NCBI RefSeq assembly: GCF_000009605.1
Contig: NC_002528.1
Location: 390,001-422,000, forward strand
Direction of reading: 5' to 3'
Origin: Buchnera aphidicola str. APS (Acyrthosiphon pisum)
GTDB lineage: Bacteria; Pseudomonadota; Gammaproteobacteria; Enterobacterales; Enterobacteriaceae
DNA length: 32,000 bases
The translations under genes were made by a program, and so were the position numbers. Under the pieces are notes generated by a model. That model was not told the origin of the DNA. It was given only the letters and a program-made list of their open reading frames with translations, and searched no databases. The stretch's first letter is position 1; each line of letters begins with the position of its first letter. Positions 1-10,569 of this stretch are shown in pieces.

Positions 1-2
1 AT

Positions 3-320
3 ATTATTCAAAGAAAAATACCAGCAAATATTGTTTATCAAGATAAAAAAATCACTGCTTTTGAAGATATAAAACCAAAAGCACCTGTACATATATTAAT
101 TATACCTAATTTTTTTATTTCATCATCAAATGATATCAATAAAAAAAACAAATGGATTATGTCACATATGTTTTATATTGCCGTGAAAATTGCAAAACAA
201 AAAAAAATAAATCAAGAAGGATATAGAATTATTATTAATTGTAATGAATATGGAGGTCAGGAAATCAATTATCTACACATGCATTTATTAGGCGGCAAAA
301 AATTAAAATCTTTCTCCTAA
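3..320 (+). CDS. hinT: HIT-family purine nucleoside phosphoramidase HinT (YcfF); 5' end cut by the window edge
   Basis: The frame starting at base 3 translates [36 protein letters not shown]...[16 protein letters not shown] and ends at TAA 318-320. It is collinear with E. coli HinT ([36 protein letters not shown]...HIHMHLLGG) and includes the HxHxHxx histidine triad. It lies directly upstream of lpoB, as in enterobacteria. Confidence 0.85.
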   Translation: MIQRKIPANIVYQDKKITAFEDIKPKAPVHILIIPNFFISSSNDINKKNKWIMSHMFYIAVKIAKQKKINQEGYRIIINCNEYGGQEINYLHMHLLGGKKLKSFS

Positions 321-378
321 TTTTTTTATAGAAAAAATTTTTATGAAAATTTCTTTTTTTACATTATAAGGATAAGAT

Positions 379-906
379 TTGAGAAGAAATTTGTTATTGA
401 TATTATTTATTATATTTTTTATAAATAGTTGTTCTTATTCTAAAAATATAGAGAATACTTTTTCGAAGGTAAAAAAAACAAATTTTATTCTTTTAAAATT
501 TGATTCTGCTATAGAAAAGATCATTTCGGAAATGTTAAAACCTAATCATATATTAATCTTTAATAAAAAATTATTTTTTATTGATTTACTAGAAAATCAA
601 ACTAATATTTTTATAGACAGGGAAAAAATTACAGATTTAATAAAACACAAAATTTCCATAAAAAATAATGACATTCATTTTCTTGAAAAAAATATGATTA
701 AAAAAAATAAAAAAAAAATAGGTATTTTAGAAATAAAAAAATCACTAGATACCAGTACTGCAATTTTTTTCTCTCGCAATAACAATGTAGAATATTATAT
801 ACACAGCTGTATTTCTGGTAAAAATGAACCTTTTTTATTAAAAATTGAATTGATACTTGTTAAAACAGGAGAAATAGTATTTATGAAAGAAGAGAGATGC
901 TATTGA
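379..906 (+). CDS. lpoB: Outer-membrane lipoprotein LpoB (YcfM), activator of PBP1B
   Basis: 175-aa ORF with a lipoprotein signal peptide and lipobox-like FFINS-C. The C-terminal block LILVKTGEIVF resembles E. coli LpoB LMLVQTGEIIW, and IISEML resembles MVSKML. The start must be TTG at 379, preceded by AAGGA, because the first in-frame ATG lies beyond the signal peptide. Stop is TGA. Synteny with hinT supports the call. Confidence 0.7.
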   Translation: MRRNLLLILFIIFFINSCSYSKNIENTFSKVKKTNFILLKFDSAIEKIISEMLKPNHILIFNKKLFFIDLLENQTNIFIDREKITDLIKHKISIKNNDIHFLEKNMIKKNKKKIGILEIKKSLDTSTAIFFSRNNNVEYYIHSCISGKNEPFLLKIELILVKTGEIVFMKEERCY

Positions 907-992
907 TAAAAACGGTATGTAAAAAAATTATATTTTATATATAAAAAATATTAAGACTAATTTTGAAAATAAAAAAAGACTTTTTGATGTGT

Positions 993-1101
993 CTAAGAGT
1001 AGTTCTTTCTACCGACGTTCGTATAATTAAATAATTAATTATTCTGAAATATAATAAATAGATTTCTCTATTATATGTCAGTAGAAAGTTCTAACTCTTA
1101 G
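993..1101. repeat. Long imperfect inverted repeat (about 18 bp of pairing around a 68-nt AT-rich loop) in the lpoB/ompF convergent spacer
   Basis: Left arm ctaagagtagttctttctac (993-1012), right arm gtagaaagttctaactcttag (1081-1101). Hand pairing gives 8 bp (1005-1012 with 1081-1088), a 2x2 tt/tt internal loop, 2 bp, a 1-nt bulge, then 8 bp (993-1000 with 1094-1101). The function is unknown. Confidence 0.6.
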
Positions 1102-1154
1102 TTGTTTTAGAAAAAAAGCTAAATTAATTTTAAAAAATATATATTTTCATGAAA

Positions 1155-2303
1155 TTAGAAATGATAAACTATTCCAGCACCAATGGTGTTATCTGTAGGA
1201 ATGTTTTGCTCTTTAATAACATTATCACTCTTTAATAAATTAATTGTATAATTCATATATGTAGAAATATTTTTGTTAAATTCATAACGAGTAGAAATAT
1301 TAATTTGTTTTGCTAATTCTAAATTTTTAGGAACAGTAGTAGCATCTTTTATATTTAAATTTTGCCCCTTAGAATCTAAATAACTCAAGGAAGGATGAAA
1401 TCCAGAATGAAAATTATATTCTGCAATCGCTTCAATATTTTGAGTTTTATTGATATATGGTTGATCCTTAGAAGCATTATTATCGCTAAGAATATTTAAT
1501 GATGGTGTTAAATTACGTCCTTCACCATAAAATGCTGCTATATATATATCATTAGCATCATATTTAAAACCTAAACCATATGCACCTACAGAAGGAGTTA
1601 GCTTGTTGTCTTGATTACTTTTGTCAGATTGAAATCTTTGAGAAGAAAAACAAGAACCAATGGCAGTAAGTCCCACATCAGTTTCATATTTTATAGAAAT
1701 ACCCCAACCAGGACCATTTGTCTGATTTTGCGCTCTATTTTCAGATTGATCTTGATACTGTAATATAAAACTCATTCCGTCAATTAAACCAAAAATATCA
1801 TCATTTTTATAAGTAAGTAAACTATTGCTTCTACCCGTCATATAGTTATCGTTATACGAAAATATACTATCTTTATTAATATATGGAGAACGATTAGTCA
1901 ACGCTTGCACGTCATGTAAAACACCATAATTACGACCATAATCTATTGATCCCCAATTGCCATACTTGAAACCAGCATATCCTAGACGTAAATTGTTAGG
2001 TTGCTGTTTATCTAACAATTGTTCTGGTACAGAAAGATCAATTCCATATTCAATAGTCGCATAACTAAATAGTTCATCAGCAATATTTACCTCCCCCGAT
2101 AAACCTAAAATAGCATTTGTATCGTCTTTATGAGATGTAATTTTATTTGCTAAAAAACTATGATTTAATTTATGATTAGGATTAATGCTACCATATAACT
2201 CAAGTTTATTACCATGTTTGTGAAAAACTTCTAAAGCATTAACTCCATTACTAGCAGCTAATAACATTGGGATTACCATTGCTAAAGATTTACGATTTGT
2301 CAT
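1155..2303 (-). CDS. ompF: OmpF/OmpC-family general porin
   Basis: 382-aa ORF with signal peptide MTNRKSLAMVIPMLLAASNGVNA. Porin hallmarks are present (GNKLELYG, LRLGYAGFKYGNWGSIDYGRNYGV) and the C terminus is GAGIVYHF with the terminal Phe beta-signal. It sits next to asnS, as E. coli ompF does. AAAGG Shine-Dalgarno lies upstream. Confidence 0.85.
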   Translation of the reverse strand: MTNRKSLAMVIPMLLAASNGVNALEVFHKHGNKLELYGSINPNHKLNHSFLANKITSHKDDTNAILGLSGEVNIADELFSYATIEYGIDLSVPEQLLDKQQPNNLRLGYAGFKYGNWGSIDYGRNYGVLHDVQALTNRSPYINKDSIFSYNDNYMTGRSNSLLTYKNDDIFGLIDGMSFILQYQDQSENRAQNQTNGPGWGISIKYETDVGLTAIGSCFSSQRFQSDKSNQDNKLTPSVGAYGLGFKYDANDIYIAAFYGEGRNLTPSLNILSDNNASKDQPYINKTQNIEAIAEYNFHSGFHPSLSYLDSKGQNLNIKDATTVPKNLELAKQINISTRYEFNKNISTYMNYTINLLKSDNVIKEQNIPTDNTIGAGIVYHF

Positions 2304-2442
2304 AATTTTTTATACTACCTTTTAGTAAAAATAATTTAAATTAATATCAGTTTATTAAAATAAATATTATTTTTTTATATTTTGTATTTATATCTAAATA
2401 CGAAAATACAAATAATTATTTAGTAAATGTTAAATTTTTTCA

Positions 2443-3843
2443 TTAAAAATAAGCGTTATTAACGGTACGTGGAAATGGAATGAGATCTCGTATATTTGTT
2501 ATACCAGTAAAATAAGAAATCAGTCGTTCAAAACCCATTCCAAAACCTGAGTGTGGAACTGTTCCGTATCGACGCAAATCGCGATACCACCAATAATCCT
2601 CTTTTTTTAGCCCTAATTCTAATAAACGTTCATCTAAAATTGCAATACGTTCCTCTCTCTGAGAACCACCAATTAGTTCTCCGACATTAGGCACTAATAT
2701 ATCTATTGCTGCAACAGTTTTTTTATCGTTATTCAGTCTCATATAAAATGCTTTTAATTCTTTTGGATAGTTTTTTACTATTACCGGAATTTTAAAATAA
2801 TTTTCTACAAGAAAACGTTCATGTTCAGAAGATAGATCTATACCTAAAAAAACAGAGTTATTAAATTTAATCTTGGAATCAAGCAAAATATTTATGACTT
2901 CTACATAATCTATACGTACAAAATCTACTAATAAAAATTTTTCTAAACGATCAACTATATTACTATTAGTATAGTTTTCAAGAAAATTAATATCTGTTAT
3001 ACATTTTTTTAAAAGAGATTTGCAAACATATTTTAACATACACTCAGCAAAATCTGATATATCATTTAAGTCTGTAAAAGCTGATTCTACTTCTAGCATC
3101 CAAAATTCCGCTAAATGACGACCCGTATTAGAATTTTCAGCACGAAATGTAGGGCCAAAAGTATATACTTTAGATAAAGAACAGGCATATGTTTCTAAAT
3201 TTAACTGTCCCGAAACAGTTAAAAAAGATTCTTTTCCAAAAAAATCTTTTTTAAAATCAACGGAACTATCTAAATTTTTAGGAATGTTTTCCATATCTAA
3301 TGTTGAAACACGAAACATTTCTCCAGCACCTTCAGTATTCAAACTAGTTATAATAGGAGTTGGAACCCAGTAATATTTTTCTTTATAAAAAAAATGATGT
3401 AATGAGTGTAATATATAATTTCTTATTCGAGCTATCGCGCCTATTAAATTTGTTCGAGATCGTAAATGTGCTACTTCTCTCAGATATTCTGTGCTATGTT
3501 TTTTAGAAGATATTGGATAAGTCTCTGGGTTTTCAACCCAACCCAAAACTTTAATTTTTTTCAATTGAATTTCATATTTTTGTTTATCTCCAATTGATAG
3601 TATTAATTTTCCACTAAGCATCACAGAACACCCAGTTGTTAGGTGTAGTATTTCTTTATAATAATTAGGCAAAGTATTATTTGCAATCACTTGTATAGAA
3701 TTAAAACATGAACCATCATAAATTGTAATAAAAGAAAAACCAGATTTTGAACTTCTACGGTTCCGAACCCATCCACATACAGTAATTAAACTATTTACTA
3801 TTATATCATCTTTATATATATCTGATATTGATACTCTATTCAT
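2443..3843 (-). CDS. asnS: Asparagine--tRNA ligase
   Basis: 466 aa, the same length as E. coli AsnS, and collinear throughout ([68 protein letters not shown]-terminal NAYF versus NASF). AAGGA Shine-Dalgarno. Confidence 0.97.
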   Translation of the reverse strand: MNRVSISDIYKDDIIVNSLITVCGWVRNRRSSKSGFSFITIYDGSCFNSIQVIANNTLPNYYKEILHLTTGCSVMLSGKLILSIGDKQKYEIQLKKIKVLGWVENPETYPISSKKHSTEYLREVAHLRSRTNLIGAIARIRNYILHSLHHFFYKEKYYWVPTPIITSLNTEGAGEMFRVSTLDMENIPKNLDSSVDFKKDFFGKESFLTVSGQLNLETYACSLSKVYTFGPTFRAENSNTGRHLAEFWMLEVESAFTDLNDISDFAECMLKYVCKSLLKKCITDINFLENYTNSNIVDRLEKFLLVDFVRIDYVEVINILLDSKIKFNNSVFLGIDLSSEHERFLVENYFKIPVIVKNYPKELKAFYMRLNNDKKTVAAIDILVPNVGELIGGSQREERIAILDERLLELGLKKEDYWWYRDLRRYGTVPHSGFGMGFERLISYFTGITNIRDLIPFPRTVNNAYF

Positions 3844-3990
3844 AAAACCGTTCCTTTTATACTTATTTTAAAAAATAGATTGTTATAAAAATAATTTTTT
3901 TAAAAAAGTAAAAGTTTTTTATTTTAAAAAAAATTATTTGAGCTTGAAAAGGTTATTTAATTATTAAAAATAATATAAAAAATTTTTAGT

Positions 3991-5190
3991 TTATCTATTT
4001 TTTAATGATACATTAAATACTTGACATAAATTTTTTAAAAAAATTCGATCTAAACAAAAGGTTTTTCCTGGACTATCAGATATTTTAGCAACAGGTTTAC
4101 CATTGCATTCTACTAATTTAATGACAATATTTAGCGGTTTTACATAAGGAATATCACAAGTTAATTTGGTACCTATTCCAAAAATAACATTAATTTTTTT
4201 ATGAAATTTTTTATATAAAGATATAATTTTTTTAAAATCTAAGTTGTCAGAAAACAATAATGTTTTTGTGCATGGATCTATACCTAATTTTTCATAATGT
4301 TTAAGAGCTTTTTCACCCCATTTCACAGGATCTCCTGAATCATGTCTAATACCTTGGTAAAAAGAAGCAAAATGTAAATTAAAATCATCTAAAAATGCAT
4401 CCATAGTGATTGAATCTGTAAGAGCAATACCTAGATGATTCTTGTATTGATATAACCATTTTTGTAATGCTAAAATCTGACTATTTTTTAAATTTGATCC
4501 AATTTGTTGATGTGCTTGAAACCACTCATGAGCTTGTGTTCCTACTGGTTTTATTTTTAATATACGAGCTATATGGTAATTGCTAGAACCAATTAAAAAG
4601 GGAAAACTTTCTTTTAATCTTTTAACAATAGAATATTGCACATCATAAGAAAATCTTCTTCTTGTTCCGAAATCTACAATTTTTAAATGAGATAAATCTA
4701 TATATTTAGTACGATTAAAGAATTTTTTTAATTTAATATCCAAATATTGCAAAGCAGATTGAGAAGTAATTTCTGGAGAAAAATTTCCATGAAAAACTTC
4801 GCTAATTAAAGCTAAAATAGGTACTTCCCACAATATTACTTCTTTCCATAATCCACTTATACGAATATGTAATCGACCTTGATAGCTATTGATCTTTACT
4901 TGCGAAACATTATAACGAAATTTTTTTAACCAATGTAAATATTCTTTTTTAAAAAAGGGAAAAGAGGTCATATAAACATATTCTTCATGACTTAAAGATA
5001 AAGATCTCATCATACTAATCTGATCTAATAAAATATTTGCATAGCAACCTAAAAAGTTATCTCCTCTGCAAAGAAATTCAGCAACTACATTTACATTTTT
5101 ATAATGATAAAAAACAGCTTGTTGCATATGCAGTTTATATGCATCAGTATCAAGCAGTGTTTTTACTATTGGATAATCATATCGTTTCAT
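3991..5190 (-). CDS. pncB: Nicotinate phosphoribosyltransferase
   Basis: 399 aa versus 400 aa in E. coli. Long identical blocks include [59 protein letters not shown] and [15 protein letters not shown]. Confidence 0.95.
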
Positions 5191-5462
5191 AGTATTCTTT
5201 ATCTTTTTTAATCTACTTTTTTAATATAAAAAAACTATATAACATACTATATCATCCTAGTGACGTTATAGAATATAATAATACTATTATAAAATCTTTT
5301 ATAAAAATATAACATAAATAGAAAAGTTATCAATTTTTCAAAAAAAAATAATATCTTTAAAAAAAGATAGCACGTAAAATAAAATTATTCTCATTTTACA
5401 TGTATAGAGTTTTTTACAATATTATTGTATATGATTTTATTCTATATCAAAAAGGAATAACA

Positions 5463-6475
5463 ATGTTTTATTATTTCATTCGTAAGCTATTATTTTTATT
5501 AGAGCCTGAAAAAGCTCATTTTCTAACCTTAAAATATCTAAATATTAAAAATATCCAGTTTTTTGATTTTTTTTTTATAAAACTATCATATTATCAAAAA
5601 AAATTAAATGTATGGGTTTAATCTTCGATAACAAACTAGGAACGGCAGCAGGAATAGATAAAAACGGAGAATATATAGATGCTTTATCCAAACTAGGATT
5701 TGGTTTTATTGAAGTAGGTACTGTTACTCCTTTACCTCAAGTTGGAAATCCAAAACCTAGAATGTTTCGAATAGTTTCTATGGAAGGAATTATTAATAGA
5801 ATGGGATTTAATAATTTAGGAATAGACAATCTAATTCGTAATATAAAAAAATCTAATTTTAAAGGCATAATAGGTGTTAATATTGGAAAAAATAAAAGTA
5901 CTAGTTTAGAAAATTCAGTTGACGATTATTTAATATGTATAGAAAAAATTTATTGTTATGCTGGCTATATTGCAATTAATATTTCATCACCTAATACTAC
6001 AAATTTAAGAAATTTACAATATGGAATACTTTTTAAGAAACTATTATATAAAATAAAAAAAAAACAAAAAGAACTTCATAAAAAATATTTAAAATACGTT
6101 CCTATAGCAATTAAAATCTCACCGGATCTTTCGATAAAGGAATTAGTTGATATTTCAAAACAATTAATTAGATATAAAATAGATGCGGTAATTGCAACTA
6201 ATACGACGCTAGATCACTCATCATTATTTGGATTAAAGAATAGTTCAGAACAAGGCGGTTTAAGCGGATTACCTTTACAAAAGAAAAGTACCAACACTAT
6301 CTCAATCTTATCAAAAAGTTTACAAAAAAAAATTCCTATTATTGGAGTCGGTGGAATTAATTCTATAAATTCAGCTAAAGAAAAAATAGAATCAGGAGCG
6401 ACTTTAATACAAATTTATTCTGGATTGGTATATCATGGGCCAAAATTAATTAAAAAAATTATTAATCATATATAA
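5463..6475 (+). pseudogene. pyrD: Dihydroorotate dehydrogenase (quinone) PyrD, interrupted by a -1-nt frameshift at an A8 run (5596-5603); otherwise intact
   Basis: The N-terminal 52 codons ([20 protein letters not shown]..., ATG 5463, SD AAAGGA) are in the frame of track ORF 5400..5621 and stop at TAA 5619-5621. The remaining residues ([21 protein letters not shown]...LIKKIINHI) are in the frame of ORF 5612..6475. Both parts are collinear with E. coli PyrD ([21 protein letters not shown]...[22 protein letters not shown]...). One extra A in the run gives [12 protein letters not shown] and a 337-aa product. It may be functional through slippage, or the frameshift may be a sequencing artefact. 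Confidence 0.85.
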
Positions 6476-6650
6476 TATTTTTATTTGCATATTTTCACAT
6501 TGACTTTCTAGTACAGAATATTTACTAAATATTATTAAAAATTTTAAATAAATATAATTATTTAAACTATTTATATTATATATATAATATACTCAATATA
6601 TTATAAAAATAATTTTTAATTATTAAAATACTAATGATAAAAAATAAAAA

Positions 6651-8756
6651 ATGAATGATTTATTTGCAAGTACAAATTTTGGTACTGAAAAATTACTAGA
6701 AAAAGAACTCTTATCTTTAGGAGTATCAGATATAAAAATAATCAAGGGAGGAATATATTATAAATCTAATGACTTATTATTATATAAAAGTTTAATGTGG
6801 AGTCGAATTGCTTCGCGTATTTATTTATGCATAAAAATTTTTACTATTAATAACATCGATGATCTTTATGATCACGTGTACAGTATTAATTGGACTGAAA
6901 TTTTTCATATCCACAATACTTTTTTAGTTAATTTTAAAGGAACTAATAATTTTATTCGTAATAGTTTATTTGGAGCTCTTGTAACCAAAGATGCAATTAT
7001 TGACCAATTCCAAAATAAATACGCTTCTCGTCCAAATGTAAATCTTATTGAACCCGATATCCGAATAAAACTTGTACTGTTAAATAACAATATCTTGCAT
7101 ATTATGCTAGATTTGAGTGGCGAACCTTTAAATAAAAGAGGATATCGTCAATTCTATAACACTACTCCTATTAAAGAAAATCTAGCAACTGCAATTGTAT
7201 TAAGTTCAGGATGGAATGAGAATACTCCTATGATAGATCCTATGTGTGGTTCAGGAACATTTCTCATCGAAGCAGCGATGATATCTTCTGATAGAGCACC
7301 TGGATTAAAAAGATTAAAATGGGGGTTTCAATTTTGGAAAAAATATAATAAAAATTTATGGAAAAAAGTTTTAGAGGAAGCGGAAGAAAAATTTAAAATA
7401 GGAATAAAAAAATGTTTTCAAAATTATTTTATAGGATACGATTATGATCCTGAAATCATAAAAAAAGCTAAAAAAAATGCATCAAATGCAGGTGTTTTAA
7501 AAATAATTCAATTTTTAACAAAAGATGTGAATAACTTAAAAAATGTTTATCATAAAGAACAAGAAGGAATAATACTAAGTAACCCCCCATATGGAGAAAG
7601 ATATCAAACTGAAAATAAATTAGTAGGTTTATATGTACAATTAGGAATAACAGCAAAAAAATACTTTAAAAATTGGAAATTATCAATATTTAGTGCATCA
7701 ACATTTTTATTGGATTTTTTGCAAATGCAATCACATGAAAAATATTTTTTTAAAAACGGTCCGTTAAATTGTATCCAAAAAAATTTTTTAATTTTTTTTA
7801 AAAATTCTAGTATTACAACAAATGAATTTAAAGATAGATTAAACAAAAATTTTAAAAAATTAAAAAAATGGATTAATTCGGAAAAACTAGAATCCTTTCG
7901 AGTTTATCATGCAGATTTACCGAATTATAATATAATAGTAGATGTTTATGATAAATGGGTGGTAATTCAAGAATATCAAGCTCCAAAATCAATAGATCAT
8001 AATAAAGCATTTAAAAGATTGTGTGATGCTATTTACTATACAAAAGAGGTATTATCTATTTCTATAAATAATATCGTATTAAAAACTAGAATAAAAAACA
8101 AAAATAAAACACAGTATAAAAAATTATTTAATAGTAATGATTTTATCACTATTAAAGAATATCATGCAAAATTTTTAGTGAATTTAACAGATTATGTAGA
8201 TACTGGATTATTTTCAGACAAACGACTGGTAAGAAAGCTATTAGGAGTATTAGCTAAAGGAAAAGATTTTCTTAATTTATTTTCATATACTGGAACCGCT
8301 ACTGTTTATGCTGGATTAGGACACGCAAATAGTACAACAAGCGTAGATATTTCTAATACTTATATAAAATGGTCAGCACGTAATATGTCTCTTAATAATC
8401 TAACTAGTTCTCAGCATAATTTTATTCAATATGATTGCTTAAAATGGATTAAAAAAACTAATCAGAAATTTGATCTTATATTCATCAATCCGCCAACTTT
8501 TTCAAATTCTAAAAAAATGCAACAATCTTTTGATTTAAAAAGAGACTATCTTGACGTAATGATACACTTAAAAAAAATTTTACGTCATGATGGCACAATT
8601 ATTTTTTCCAGTTCTACACGAAATTTTGAAATTAACTTTAATTGCATTAAAAAAATGCAATTACATGCAAAAAAAATTACTAACAAAATACAATCGAAAG
8701 ATCATTTAAAAAATTCAAATATTTACCATTCGTGGTTAATAAAACATATAAAGTAA
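6651..8756 (+). CDS. rlmL: Bifunctional 23S rRNA m2G2445/m7G2069 methyltransferase RlmKL (YcbY)
   Basis: 701 aa versus 702 aa in E. coli. Conserved blocks include LFAST, SLMWSRIASRI, DPMCGSGTFLIEAAM, APGL, LSNPPYGER, VNLTDYVDTGLF, GKDFLNLFSYTG and INPPTFSNSK. It is followed by uup, as in E. coli. Confidence 0.93.
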   Translation: MNDLFASTNFGTEKLLEKELLSLGVSDIKIIKGGIYYKSNDLLLYKSLMWSRIASRIYLCIKIFTINNIDDLYDHVYSINWTEIFHIHNTFLVNFKGTNNFIRNSLFGALVTKDAIIDQFQNKYASRPNVNLIEPDIRIKLVLLNNNILHIMLDLSGEPLNKRGYRQFYNTTPIKENLATAIVLSSGWNENTPMIDPMCGSGTFLIEAAMISSDRAPGLKRLKWGFQFWKKYNKNLWKKVLEEAEEKFKIGIKKCFQNYFIGYDYDPEIIKKAKKNASNAGVLKIIQFLTKDVNNLKNVYHKEQEGIILSNPPYGERYQTENKLVGLYVQLGITAKKYFKNWKLSIFSASTFLLDFLQMQSHEKYFFKNGPLNCIQKNFLIFFKNSSITTNEFKDRLNKNFKKLKKWINSEKLESFRVYHADLPNYNIIVDVYDKWVVIQEYQAPKSIDHNKAFKRLCDAIYYTKEVLSISINNIVLKTRIKNKNKTQYKKLFNSNDFITIKEYHAKFLVNLTDYVDTGLFSDKRLVRKLLGVLAKGKDFLNLFSYTGTATVYAGLGHANSTTSVDISNTYIKWSARNMSLNNLTSSQHNFIQYDCLKWIKKTNQKFDLIFINPPTFSNSKKMQQSFDLKRDYLDVMIHLKKILRHDGTIIFSSSTRNFEINFNCIKKMQLHAKKITNKIQSKDHLKNSNIYHSWLIKHIK

Positions 8757-8775
8757 ATTCAAGGATAGTAATTTT

Positions 8776-10566
8776 ATGTCTTTAATTAATATTCATAATG
8801 CCTCTTTATCATTTAGTAATTTGCAAATATTAGAAAAAAGCACCTTTCATATCAACAAAAATGAACGAGTCTGTTTAATTGGCAAAAATGGAGCTGGAAA
8901 ATCTACTTTATTAAAAATTATTAATAAAAAACAAGATTTAGATGAAGGTCAGATTATTTATAAAAAAAATACAACAACAGCTTATTTAGAACAGAATAAC
9001 CCTAAAAATCTTAATATTTCTATATATGATTTTATCGCTTTAGGATTGAAAGAACACGAAAAAAATAAAAAAAAACACACAAACGAAATTGTAAAAATAG
9101 AAAAAATAATTGAATTGATTAAATTAAATAAAAACACTTTATTATCCCATCTATCTGGAGGTTTATTAAGAAAAGTCGCATTAGGTCGTGTATTGGTAAG
9201 GGAACCTGATATACTACTACTTGATGAACCTACAAATCACTTGGATATGAAAACAATTAAATGGCTTGAAACATTTTTAAAAAAATTTTCTGGTAGTATA
9301 CTATTTGTATCACACGATAGAAATTTTATTCAAAATGTATCTACACGAATTATAGATCTTGATCGTGGAAAATTAGTTTCTTGGCCAGGTGATTATGAAA
9401 ATTTTATAAAATTAAAAAATGAAAGTTATCGTATTGAAAAAATACAAAAACAATTATTTGATAAAAATTTAGAAAAGGAAGAACAATGGATTAGAAAAGG
9501 TATCAAAGCACGTTCTACTCGAAACGAAGGCAGAGTTAAAAAATTAAAAATATTGCAAAAAGAACAAAAAGATTACAAAAAAATAGAAAAAATAAATAAT
9601 ATCGAAATTAATCAATCAAAAAATTATTTAGGAAAAATAATTTTTAAGTTAGATAATATAGACTTTTTAGTAAATAATAAAATTATTATTAAAAATTTTT
9701 CATCAATTATTCAACATGGTGATAAATTAGCATTAATTGGTGATAATGGATGTGGGAAAAGTACATTAATTAAAATCATTATAGGGGAAAATAAACCTCA
9801 AAAAGGAAAAATTTATATAGGTAAAGGATTAAAAATATCATATTTTGATCAAAATAGATCTTTTTTAAATCCAAATAAATCTATTATAGAAAATATAGAT
9901 TATGGAAAAGAAAAAATTTTGTTAAATAGCAGAGAACAACATATAATAAGATACTTAAAAAATTTTCTTTTCAAACCCAATCAATTAAAATCTTTAGTAA
10001 AAACATTATCAGGTGGTGAATGTAATAGGTTACTTTTAGCTCAATTGTTTTTAAAACCAAGTAATGTTTTAATTCTTGATGAGCCTACAAACGATTTAGA
10101 CTTAGACACTCTGCAATTGCTAGAAAAAATTATTATTGCCTATAAAGGTACTGTTATTATTGTTAGCCATGATAAAACATTCATTAAAAATACCGCAAAA
10201 AAATGTTGGTTTTTTGAGAAAAATGGATTTATCAATACTCATTTCAGTCAATATGATTCTTTAAAAAAAGAAAAAAATAATTTTCATAAAGAAAAAATAC
10301 AAAAAAATAAATCTAAAATAAATCTTGCTATTAAAATAAAAAATAATTTCAAAAAAGAACTCAATGCTATTTTATATGAAATAGAAACAATTGAACTTGA
10401 CATTAAGACATTACAAAAAAAAGTAAATGAACCTGATTTTTTCAAAAAAACGTTAGAAGAAAAATTACCAACACTTAAAATGCTAGCTCAAAAAGAAAGA
10501 AAATTAGGAAAAAAAATACTTTTTTGGGAAAAATTAGAAAAAAATATTATAAATACTAAAATATAG
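8776..10566 (+). CDS. uup: ABC-F family ATPase Uup
   Basis: 596 aa with two ABC cassettes: Walker A GKNGAGKST and GDNGCGKST, signatures LSGG twice, Walker B LLLDEPTNHLD and ILDEPTNDLD. The N terminus MSLINIHNASLSFS resembles E. coli MSLISMHGAWLSFS. There is a coiled-coil Lys-rich C-terminal tail. SD AAGGA lies 19 bp after the rlmL stop. Confidence 0.9.
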   Translation: MSLINIHNASLSFSNLQILEKSTFHINKNERVCLIGKNGAGKSTLLKIINKKQDLDEGQIIYKKNTTTAYLEQNNPKNLNISIYDFIALGLKEHEKNKKKHTNEIVKIEKIIELIKLNKNTLLSHLSGGLLRKVALGRVLVREPDILLLDEPTNHLDMKTIKWLETFLKKFSGSILFVSHDRNFIQNVSTRIIDLDRGKLVSWPGDYENFIKLKNESYRIEKIQKQLFDKNLEKEEQWIRKGIKARSTRNEGRVKKLKILQKEQKDYKKIEKINNIEINQSKNYLGKIIFKLDNIDFLVNNKIIIKNFSSIIQHGDKLALIGDNGCGKSTLIKIIIGENKPQKGKIYIGKGLKISYFDQNRSFLNPNKSIIENIDYGKEKILLNSREQHIIRYLKNFLFKPNQLKSLVKTLSGGECNRLLLAQLFLKPSNVLILDEPTNDLDLDTLQLLEKIIIAYKGTVIIVSHDKTFIKNTAKKCWFFEKNGFINTHFSQYDSLKKEKNNFHKEKIQKNKSKINLAIKIKNNFKKELNAILYEIETIELDIKTLQKKVNEPDFFKKTLEEKLPTLKMLAQKERKLGKKILFWEKLEKNIINTKI

Positions 10567-10569
10567 AAT

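Noticed and set aside
2381-2412. AT-only dyad (tttgtattta-tatc-taaatacgaaaatacaaa) between asnS and ompF
   Set aside because: The stems are purely A:T, with competing alternative pairings and no following T-run in the asnS sense. This is not distinguishable from background.
5400-5621. 73-aa ORF listed in the track as a separate gene
   Set aside because: Residues 22-73 are the N terminus of PyrD ([20 protein letters not shown]...) and the first 21 codons are upstream read-through. It is the 5' fragment of the frameshifted pyrD, not an independent gene.
6500-6528. TTGACT-17 nt-TACTAA promoter-like motif upstream of rlmL, plus other TATAAT-like hexamers in spacers
   Set aside because: The -10 match is poor, and TATAAT- or TTGACA-like strings occur everywhere in DNA this AT-rich. 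They cannot be supported without transcription-start data.
6905-7846. Three minus-strand ORFs (6905..7090, 7468..7656, 7604..7846) inside rlmL
   Set aside because: They are antisense to a well-conserved full-length rlmL, have low-complexity Leu/Phe/Lys-rich translations typical of shadow frames in AT-rich DNA, and show no start context or homology.
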